Assembly: GCA_025059075.1 (NCBI GenBank)
Contig: JANXDZ010000006.1
Location: 1,169-65,168, forward strand
Direction: 5' to 3'
Origin: Sulfolobales archaeon
GTDB taxonomy: Archaea > Thermoproteota > Thermoprotei_A > Sulfolobales > Desulfurococcaceae
DNA length: 64,000 nucleotides
Shown here piece after piece: positions 54,888 to 62,866 of this stretch. Position numbers and translations under genes: made by a program. The notes beneath the pieces were generated by a model. The model searched no databases and was not told the origin of the DNA. It saw only the letters and a program-made list of their open reading frames with translations. Numbering within the stretch: the first letter of the stretch is position 1; every line of letters starts with the position of its first letter.

Positions 54888-56292
54888 TTTCTAACTCTCC
54901 TCCAACGATTATCTTACGTACTCTAACGTGAGGACCCCCATCCCCTACTCTAACTAATTGATTTTCCTTTCCACAACCCCCGAAGACACTAGTCCTTATT
55001 TTTAAGTCTTTAGCAACTGCATCCACGTTATTTAATACGTCAAGTATGTTACCACTAACTATCACTCCTCTAACTAATTCACCTACTTCACCTCTCCTTA
55101 AGATGTATGAGGGACCCACGTGGAATGTGAATGTCCCTATAGATGGATCCACTTGTCCTCCCATAGCACCCCGTCCACGTAGATATATTCCATAATCTAC
55201 ATCTTCAAATAGTTCCTCTAAGCTGAAATCCCCTGGCTCTATATAGAAGTTCGTTTGTCTAACTATAGGATCGTAAGTGAAGTTCATGGCTCTGGCATTG
55301 CCAGTAAGCTCATTGTTTAAAAAAGTTGCAACTATTCTACTTGTCAAGTACTTCTTTAAAACTCCGTTCTCTACCACTATAGTTTTCTTTTTAGGAGTGC
55401 ACTCATCGTCGAATGGAACAGGGTATCCTCCATCAACTAGCCCTTCATCGACTATAGTCACTTGTTCACTACCCACTTTTTCACCAAGTCTGCCGGAGAG
55501 AATTGAGGAACCTGAGCGAACTAAGTCGCCTTCACTAGCGTGTCCAAATGCCTCATGTATAAATAGCCCCACCAACTCGTTGTCAAGTACTGCGCTATAT
55601 GCTCCTGGTGAAGGAGTCTTAGCCTTAGAAGCTTCTATAGCTAGCTTACTCAACTCATTTACAAAGCTCTCCCAATCACATTCTTCTATATACTCATAAC
55701 CTCCTATAAATGACTCAGAGTCGTATACTCTCTCACTCAATAGGCCGACTTTTCCAACAGCCATGTGAGCTATGCCTACTCCTACGATATTGCTTTCAGC
55801 TAACCCTCCATCACTTGAAGCAATCAACCTATGATCTACTTCAATACCCATGTTAGTTATGCTCGACGTTATTCCCACATGGCTTAAGCTTAGTTTATTT
55901 AAATCCATTAATAATTCGATCTTTTCATGAGGATCAATGGATAATGGATCCTTTTTTACGGAGGTATTGAAGCTTATTTTCTTAGCTGCTTCTCCAAATG
56001 CCACTTCAAGCTTCTTAGAGCTCACTGCTCGTGCTATAGATATAGATCGCTCGATGGTTTTATTAATCGATTCCCAACTTAGATCAGATGTATAAGCATA
56101 GCCTCTTCCACTACTTGTATATACCTCTATCCCCATTCCTTTAGCTATAGTATAACTGTATTGTCGTAAGAAGCCGCTATCTACAGTTATAAGCTCGTAT
56201 TTATTTACATGAAATCTAACTACAGCAAATAGTGCTCCTAAGCTGAGCGCTTTATCTAATGCTTTTTCCACGAATTCTTGTTTTAACTCCAT
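54871..56292 (-). CDS. tldD: TldD-family Zn metalloprotease
   Basis: LFIHEAFGHASEGD (HExxxH). C-terminal GGCGKENQLVRVGDGGPHVRV glycine-rich motif. 473 aa. Confidence 0.85.
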   Translation of the reverse strand: MELKQEFVEKALDKALSLGALFAVVRFHVNKYELITVDSGFLRQYSYTIAKGMGIEVYTSSGRGYAYTSDLSWESINKTIERSISIARAVSSKKLEVAFGEAAKKISFNTSVKKDPLSIDPHEKIELLMDLNKLSLSHVGITSSITNMGIEVDHRLIASSDGGLAESNIVGVGIAHMAVGKVGLLSERVYDSESFIGGYEYIEECDWESFVNELSKLAIEASKAKTPSPGAYSAVLDNELVGLFIHEAFGHASEGDLVRSGSSILSGRLGEKVGSEQVTIVDEGLVDGGYPVPFDDECTPKKKTIVVENGVLKKYLTSRIVATFLNNELTGNARAMNFTYDPIVRQTNFYIEPGDFSLEELFEDVDYGIYLRGRGAMGGQVDPSIGTFTFHVGPSYILRRGEVGELVRGVIVSGNILDVLNNVDAVAKDLKIRTSVFGGCGKENQLVRVGDGGPHVRVRKIIVGGELESARVS

Positions 56293-56371
56293 GCATCACT
56301 CACTAAGTTACTTCTTTAAGCAGAAGTATTAATAGCTGTTGTAAGTGCAGTGGCTTAAGATTATTGAACAT

Positions 56372-57163
56372 TTATGAAGTCTCAGCTCCTAGCGCTACAC
56401 CTTTAGCTTTAATAAGGAGGTCGTAGAGTTCGTTGAGCTTAGGAACACACCTAGCGCTATGCACTTCCAACACTAAGTATATTTGCAATACGTCGTCTAC
56501 TTCACAGTAGTCGATGGATATAGCTCCTCCACAATCTTCAACTTCATTCACTATGGCGTTATACTCTTCACTCCTATTTACATCCTCAATTACGGCGTCT
56601 AGCGCGTTTTTAACATCAATGTACTTCTCTCCAAGCTCTCGTTCAGAGCCAGCGTTAATTGAGCAGACCAACCTTATTGAACCATCCCTCCTCAAGTCTA
56701 TTCTAAAAGAGGCTGTGGGATGATCCTTCTTTTCCAATAACGCTACTATTCCTATTTCACTAACGTCACTAAGCCACTCTACTCCAACGATTCTTAAGCC
56801 TACGCCTACTCTGCTTACTTTTGTGAGAAATTCATCAATCTTTCCGTAAAGGCCTATTCCAGTTGTTATTACACTATTGAGGATTCTTTTAGAAGCTTCA
56901 CTTAACGATATTTCTTCATTCTTAGCTATAGATGCTATTCTATCTCTATACTTAGGCGAATTAAGTATGTATAAGGAGTTAACCCCAAGTTCTAAAGCTA
57001 TTTCACTAACCTCATCTACTCCTACTCCAATTATCCTAGAGAGTTCGGAGACTTTTTCAAAAAGACCCATCTTCTTTAAGTAAGCAACTATTTCACTCAC
57101 TCCGCCTCCCCCTACTACCTTATGTTTTAAAAGAAGGTAATTAATTGAGTGACAGTGCCTCAT
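56372..57163 (-). CDS. hypothetical protein (up to 263 aa), possible N-terminal HTH
   Basis: ORF only. It lies 79 nt upstream of tldD on the same strand. The likely start is an internal GTG/ATG (VSEIVAYLKKMGLFEK...). Confidence 0.45.
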   Translation of the reverse strand: MRHCHSINYLLLKHKVVGGGGVSEIVAYLKKMGLFEKVSELSRIIGVGVDEVSEIALELGVNSLYILNSPKYRDRIASIAKNEEISLSEASKRILNSVITTGIGLYGKIDEFLTKVSRVGVGLRIVGVEWLSDVSEIGIVALLEKKDHPTASFRIDLRRDGSIRLVCSINAGSERELGEKYIDVKNALDAVIEDVNRSEEYNAIVNEVEDCGGAISIDYCEVDDVLQIYLVLEVHSARCVPKLNELYDLLIKAKGVALGAETS

Positions 57164-57552
57164 AATTACTTATAAAGAGGGAGTATTCATGCATTAATGT
57201 CTTGCTTCGGGGAAGTATTTAAGAGCTCAGCTAGAGCTTAATGTACTCAGGTTGAGTGATTAAAGGTTTTTAAAGTTTCTAAGCTATTGTAAGTACTTAG
57301 AGAAAGCGCACTTGCCCTTATGACGGTTCTATAGCCATCAGAGGCAGAGAGATCTATGTAGCCTCCCGTAGGCAGATCGTGTAGCATCCGTCGATTTAGC
57401 TATCAATGAGCCTGCGTTAAATATTAAAATAAATAAAATAGAAAACACTAAACTAACTAGCATAGGCAACCACGTGCGATGAAGACTACTCCCGACTCTG
57501 AATAGTGATTGAAAGGCATTTGACTGAGCATCCTCATTAAGAGGTATTACGC

Positions 57553-57912
57553 ATGGAGCACTGCTTAAATACTGTAACTAAGTTATTAATTAAGCGAGGT
57601 CATGTTATTTATAAAAGAAGTGAAGTGAAAGAAGCATTTTCTACTGAAGCATTAACATGTTCATTAGTGTACTTCATCATTGGGAATAGTAGCATAGTAG
57701 CAGTAACTAAATTTCATCAATCAAATACTTTAAGAACACATCTGTCTATAAAGATGAATGGAGCAGTGCTCTACGAAAGAGCCTGCAAGTTAGAGAATGC
57801 AGGTTTTACAACTGCAATAAACGAAGATCGCTTAGTTAAAGATACATCTATAAACAATGCCGTGAAAACTTTAAGAGACGCAATTAACTCTACAGAGTGT
57901 AAAGGTGGCTGA
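57553..57912 (+). CDS. hypothetical protein (119 aa), first gene of overlapping operon
   Basis: ORF only. Its stop overlaps the next start by 8 nt. Confidence 0.35.
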   Translation: MEHCLNTVTKLLIKRGHVIYKRSEVKEAFSTEALTCSLVYFIIGNSSIVAVTKFHQSNTLRTHLSIKMNGAVLYERACKLENAGFTTAINEDRLVKDTSINNAVKTLRDAINSTECKGG

Positions 57913-58813
57913 ATTGGAGTGGCTTGAGCTAAGCGATGAAGACTATAAGATTATTGATTCCTACAACGAGCTCTCAATGGGGTTAAAGAATATTGCAGAG
58001 ATCCTTGGGGAACTAAGGATTTCACGCACTTCATTTTATAGAAAGCTCAGGAATTTGAGTAAGTACTTTAGGAAGGTAGTTGATATAGATCTAAATGCCA
58101 TAGGCGTTTCGCCCATATACGTGATAGCTGAAGCCAAGGCTTACAAGTACTTAAAGCTAGATAATTACCCAATGACGCGACTAATAGACAGCTACCTATC
58201 CATATGCAATGAGTCGTACTCTATCCTATCATATATAACTACCGCTAAGAGGGGAGAACACTTAGTTGAATCATTTGAGGAGAAAGCTGGTAATGGAATA
58301 GCTGTAGAAGCCATACAGTTAGCTAACTGCATTAAGCCCATAGTGTTTCTCAATAGTTGGAGCGTACTTATTCCAAGCTCATTGAGTGCTGAAAAGCCAT
58401 CAGAGCTTGATCAATATGATCTAGCTATAGTAGCGCACCTTATTCGAGAAGCATCAAGCCTCTCAACAATAGCTCTTAGAGAGAGCATGCCGCTTTCAAC
58501 TACATACTACCATTACTGGGCTCATATTAAGAGTTGTGTTAGGGCAAAAGCTATGGTTCCACGCACTAAAACTAACGTAATTATTGAGGCACTCATAACT
58601 AATAAAGATTACTCCATCAACGACTTAGTAAAGGACTTAGCATCTCGTGAAGCAATAGTAAAGAAAGCCTGTTCTACAGCTCATCATCCATTGGAGGTAG
58701 TGTTAGAAATTTGGACAAATAGCGTAGATAGACTCATAGCTTCTTTAATCAAGATAAGTAACAGGAGGGCTATTAGTGGAGTAAAGCTATACCCAGTTCT
58801 ACAAATAAAGTAA
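57905..58813 (+). CDS. hypothetical protein (302 aa) with two AsnC/Lrp-like HTH-resembling segments
   Basis: LSDEDYKIIDSYNELSMGLKNIAEILGELRISRTSFYRKLRNL and LDQYDLAIVAHLIREASSLSTIALRESMPLSTTYYHYWAHI. Pattern resemblance only. Confidence 0.4.
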   Translation: MAELEWLELSDEDYKIIDSYNELSMGLKNIAEILGELRISRTSFYRKLRNLSKYFRKVVDIDLNAIGVSPIYVIAEAKAYKYLKLDNYPMTRLIDSYLSICNESYSILSYITTAKRGEHLVESFEEKAGNGIAVEAIQLANCIKPIVFLNSWSVLIPSSLSAEKPSELDQYDLAIVAHLIREASSLSTIALRESMPLSTTYYHYWAHIKSCVRAKAMVPRTKTNVIIEALITNKDYSINDLVKDLASREAIVKKACSTAHHPLEVVLEIWTNSVDRLIASLIKISNRRAISGVKLYPVLQIK

Positions 58814-58828
58814 GCACGGTATGAAATA

Positions 58829-60124
58829 ATGAGTTTTACATTTAGCTTAAATATATTGCCTAGAAAGGAGGCCAGAATTTCCATAGACCAGGAGTTAGCT
58901 AAGAAGATAGCGCTTTTGCCGCAAATAGCTACACTGTCTAGAGTTAAACTTGAGTATAGTGGTTCTCCAATGTCCTTAAGGGATCCAGCAGGATATGTTA
59001 TTAAACTAGGCTGTGGAGAGTGCATGTGGTATGCTATATCAGCGCAAGACGTGGGGATTTCTTGGAAGCCTTACGTAGACTTCAGGAGGATCCGCAATCT
59101 CTTGGCAAACATGGGCTTAGTGAAGGAGGGGGGAGGGGATATTTTAGTAAATCCCCTCCCAATGGAGGTCATCGCTCCATTTGACGGTGGAATAGTTAAG
59201 CTAAAACCCTTTTCAACAAAGACTGTGACTAACTACGTGGAGAGAGAGTTTACACAAAACGAGATTGCTGTAAGTGGATTCAAGTTGAAATTAACTAACA
59301 ACGGATTACTCATCTATAACGTAGACATAGGCTTTACCAGTGATGCTGCAGCATCAGTGAAGAGAGTTACAACTATCGGCAATAACTTAAAGATCTATAT
59401 GAGCGATGGATCTGAAATAATGCTCTCCACTACGTACTCAGCCATGCACCTTGATTTAGTAAGTGACTATAGCTTCAACACTAGATGGCTCAACGCCATC
59501 ATTAGTGCTCTAACTCCATATTTCATTGCTTCAACTCATTTAGACCTAAATGAGGAACATTGTTTAACTAATGCTCTTCTAATACTAAAGAACACTCTAT
59601 CGATAGGTATAGTGAATGCTGACATGAAGAAGATATACCTACATAGAGGGCAGATGACTCTTCCGCCAGGCAGGTACTTTATAACGTATTCAATTGGGCA
59701 GGCTCTTGATGTATTAAATAATGTACTACTCCTGTTATCCTCTGAAGGAGCTTTACTTAAGAATTGCTCTAAGGTAGTGGATTTTGAAGAACTATTTGTA
59801 CTTTTCCCGAAGTCTATTCTCATAGGAGACTACGTTGTAAGCGAAGACTACTTGGGAATAGTGCTCTTTAATCCAAGTAACTTAGCGTTAAAGACAACGC
59901 TAACTTCCTTCTTCAAGTTTGAGAAAGCAGTAGCTTATACTGCTAGAAACACTGAAGGAATTTCACTAAGGCTTGAGAAGCCAAACATTGTTTCACTAAC
60001 AATACTGCCTAGGAACATTATAGTACTTGAAGCTTCTTTTAGGAACCTCGGTCCAGAAGTAGTAAAGTATAGGAGTATGTGGAGAAAGGTGGGTAGAGGT
60101 GAGTTTAGAGAACTTATTAAGTGA
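58829..60124 (+). CDS. hypothetical protein (431 aa), no family recognised
   Basis: Long ORF, 15 nt after the previous stop. Its 3' end overlaps the phosphatase start by 26 nt. Confidence 0.45.
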   Translation: MSFTFSLNILPRKEARISIDQELAKKIALLPQIATLSRVKLEYSGSPMSLRDPAGYVIKLGCGECMWYAISAQDVGISWKPYVDFRRIRNLLANMGLVKEGGGDILVNPLPMEVIAPFDGGIVKLKPFSTKTVTNYVEREFTQNEIAVSGFKLKLTNNGLLIYNVDIGFTSDAAASVKRVTTIGNNLKIYMSDGSEIMLSTTYSAMHLDLVSDYSFNTRWLNAIISALTPYFIASTHLDLNEEHCLTNALLILKNTLSIGIVNADMKKIYLHRGQMTLPPGRYFITYSIGQALDVLNNVLLLLSSEGALLKNCSKVVDFEELFVLFPKSILIGDYVVSEDYLGIVLFNPSNLALKTTLTSFFKFEKAVAYTARNTEGISLRLEKPNIVSLTILPRNIIVLEASFRNLGPEVVKYRSMWRKVGRGEFRELIK

Positions 60125-61016
60125 AGTAAACGATATAGCTGCGAGAAAAAAGGATCTTGAGGAGTTAGTCAGGGACTTTCAATTGGCAAACAGCAAGGAC
60201 TATGATTGTCTAAGATATGTACATCACCAGGTAATAGAAATTAAAAGAGGTGATAGAGACTTATTAGTAATAGGTGATATTCACGGTGACGTAAGTACTT
60301 TATATACAGTGTTTGCAAGGGAGAGTGTTGTCGAGCGTTTAAAGAACGATGAATTAGTATTAGTGTTCTTAGGTGATTACATCGACCGTGGAAGGAGGCA
60401 GCTGCTAGCTCTAACTCTAGTTTACTATCTAAAGGTACGCTATCCAGGTAATGTTATAACATTAAGGGGAAACCATGAACCTCACCCTTACTTAACTCCC
60501 CACCCTCACGACTTTCCTTATGAATTGATGTCGTCCTTTGGTTTAAAGTGGAGGGAAGTGTATGAGTTACTCCTAAGATCATTTCAAAAACTCCCGCTAA
60601 TAGCTATTTCTCTATTAGAGCTAGCGTTGCTCCATGGAGGAATCCCGAGAACGATTCTTAAAGTAGACAACATGTTTGATGCATTAAGCTTAGGTCTCCC
60701 TCAAGTAGATGACTTAGTAGTTGAAGACATTTTATGGAGCGATCCAGTCGATGGAGTCTCCAACTACATTGATTCAATAAGAGGAGCGGGTATAATGTTT
60801 GGAGAAGAACTCACTAAGAAATTCATTGAAGTAACTGGAGTAAAAGCTGTGGTTAGAAGTCATGAAGTGGTAGATGGGTATAGAGTCAATCACTTAGGTA
60901 AAGTGTTGACAATATTTTCAGCTAAAGAAACATATGGCTTACGTAGAGCTTCATATGTAAAATTAAGTAAAACATTTGAATGTAAGAAGTTAAGCAACTA
61001 TATTTTCTTCATTTAA
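60099..61016 (+). CDS. PPP-family Ser/Thr protein phosphatase (PP1-arch-like metallophosphoesterase)
   Basis: VIGDIHGD, LGDYIDRGRR, LRGNHE, LLHGGIP, SHEVV. GTG start. Confidence 0.85.
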   Translation: MSLENLLSEVNDIAARKKDLEELVRDFQLANSKDYDCLRYVHHQVIEIKRGDRDLLVIGDIHGDVSTLYTVFARESVVERLKNDELVLVFLGDYIDRGRRQLLALTLVYYLKVRYPGNVITLRGNHEPHPYLTPHPHDFPYELMSSFGLKWREVYELLLRSFQKLPLIAISLLELALLHGGIPRTILKVDNMFDALSLGLPQVDDLVVEDILWSDPVDGVSNYIDSIRGAGIMFGEELTKKFIEVTGVKAVVRSHEVVDGYRVNHLGKVLTIFSAKETYGLRRASYVKLSKTFECKKLSNYIFFI

Positions 61017-61205
61017 TGCATTGGCCTCCTCCCTCTGAAGAGCGGGGTTTTCCTTTAGAAAGTTCACTAGATACCTATACTTATTTGAGCTTACATCATT
61101 CATCCATTGGACGGTCGGATAGCATCTAAAGTAAAGCTAGTTCTGTAAGCAATAAATGTCGTTAGTGAGGAAACACTTGACATCAACTAACTTAAATACC
61201 TCTAT

Positions 61206-61568
61206 ATGTTTATCAGTGTAGTGAGTAAAGTTATTGATGTGGAGTGTGGTCAAGTGAGGAAGGAGGCTAACGTAGTTCAAAGACTTATGGATATAACTGA
61301 CGATTATGTGGGAGAGCTTATAGAAGAAGTTGTTGAGCGATACTATTCTGTAGAGATAGAGCTTAGTGAGGAGTATGGTAGACTTTTAAAGTTCATAAGT
61401 AGGGAGCTGGCTAAGGGCCTCTTTGATCATAAGCCGTCTCCCGAAGAATATGAAGAGCTATTAGCTAAGTATAAGCATCCTAAGTATGAATCTATGTTAA
61501 TGAATGTCATAAGTTACTTAGTAAGCGTATACATTAGGAAGCAAGAAAGAGTTCGCAGAATCGACTAG
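61206..61568 (+). CDS. hypothetical acidic protein (120 aa)
   Basis: ORF only, helical and Glu-rich. Confidence 0.4.
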   Translation: MFISVVSKVIDVECGQVRKEANVVQRLMDITDDYVGELIEEVVERYYSVEIELSEEYGRLLKFISRELAKGLFDHKPSPEEYEELLAKYKHPKYESMLMNVISYLVSVYIRKQERVRRID

Positions 61569-61601
61569 GTCTTCATTGAGTAAGCTAAGGGAAGACTTTG
61601 T

Positions 61602-62384
61602 ATGGTTAAGAATGATGAGGCAAGTAGGAAAAGCAAGCCTAAAGGGAGGGGCTCTGTAAGAAAGGTTAATAAAGACATAGTTGGAGAACTTTTAGTACAA
61701 TATTTTGATGAAATAAGTGAAGCTCTTGGATTAAGAGGCTTAGTAATTGATGAGGGTTTTCAAAGGGAGCTTGTGAGAGAAGTTCTAGAACTAATAGTGC
61801 ACTCAACGACGTCTAAGCCTTCCATAGACGTACTGTTAAGGAGAATTAAATCAAATAGGAGGAGTATAAATAAATTCATTTCAGCTAAAATTCTTGAAAG
61901 CACTGATAAGTTTACAGCAGAGCAGCTGAACTTTATATTAAGCTATGGAGAAGAAGCAGTGATTCCATTCATTAGCGAAATATATAGAGAGCTAATTAAA
62001 AGCGGTAGAAGTGAATTAATAGATGCATTAAAGTACGTTTGGGAGAAGTACGGTAGACCTACCTTAGTGCAATGTCCGAAGTGTGGCTTTAGATCTATAA
62101 TGCCCGACTACTCCTGCACCATATGTGGATATAGTGTTACAGAAAGCTATGTAAGGGAACAACTATCATTCAGTGCCTTATTTGAAGAATATGTGAGGAC
62201 AGCAAGCATATCTGATCTTAGAGAAGTACTTGATGCAGGCTTTGTCATCGTTAGTGAAAGCGGTATATATAGCCCAAGGAATAAAGCCGTTAGCTCCCTA
62301 AAAGCTTTCTATTCAATATACTTAGTTGGAAGGGAGATCTCCTTAATAATTTCTGAAATGAGCTCTAGAGAGCAAGAAATATAG
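61602..62384 (+). CDS. hypothetical protein (260 aa) with basic N-terminus and a Zn ribbon
   Basis: KSKPKGRGSVRKVNK N-terminus. CPKCGFRSIMPDYSCTICGY is a CxxC-x10-CxxC ribbon. Confidence 0.45.
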   Translation: MVKNDEASRKSKPKGRGSVRKVNKDIVGELLVQYFDEISEALGLRGLVIDEGFQRELVREVLELIVHSTTSKPSIDVLLRRIKSNRRSINKFISAKILESTDKFTAEQLNFILSYGEEAVIPFISEIYRELIKSGRSELIDALKYVWEKYGRPTLVQCPKCGFRSIMPDYSCTICGYSVTESYVREQLSFSALFEEYVRTASISDLREVLDAGFVIVSESGIYSPRNKAVSSLKAFYSIYLVGREISLIISEMSSREQEI

Positions 62385-62423
62385 ACTTGAAAACATAGAC
62401 TCTTATAAGAGGAGCGAAACATA

Positions 62424-62774
62424 ATGTATGAAGTAACTAACATTGATGAAGTTGAGAGAGCTTTAAGGACGTATAGAGTAGTTATGGTTGAATACTATAA
62501 CCATAAGTTAAAGGAGAGCGTTGAGTTCACTGAAGCATTAAAAATAGTGGAGAAAACTCTAGATCCATCGATACTAATTATGAGAGTATCGGCAGTAAAT
62601 CACCCAGAGCTCTTAGGGGATGTAAAAGCTATTCCATGTTTAAAAGTATTCTTAGATGGGAAGCTTATTTTAGAGCAAATGGGTGGGTTTGGGAAGAGGG
62701 ATTTTGATGCAATGATCTTGAGGAGAACTATTAGAGATATTCTTAAGAATCACAACGTATTTCTAAAGATCTAA
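62424..62774 (+). CDS. thioredoxin-fold protein lacking the CxxC active site
   Basis: RVVMVEYYNHKLKES occupies the position of xxFWAxWCGPC. IMRVSAVNHPELLGDVKAIPCLKVFLDGKLILEQMGGF matches the Trx beta3-alpha3-cisPro-beta4-beta5 pattern. Confidence 0.6.
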   Translation: MYEVTNIDEVERALRTYRVVMVEYYNHKLKESVEFTEALKIVEKTLDPSILIMRVSAVNHPELLGDVKAIPCLKVFLDGKLILEQMGGFGKRDFDAMILRRTIRDILKNHNVFLKI

Positions 62775-62866
62775 CTCCACATGATCTTGGTAATTAATTA
62801 ACATATAAATTTATATAGAACCGGCCTCATGTTAACTATTGGAAAGCTTTATAGAGGGAGTGTATC

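Noticed and set aside
56372-62774. Idea that the run of orphan genes is an integrated virus, plasmid or other mobile element
   Set aside because: The region has no integrase, transposase, replication initiator, capsid-like gene, flanking tRNA or direct repeats that I could see. A normal housekeeping PPP phosphatase is embedded in it. Compositional shift was not measurable by eye.
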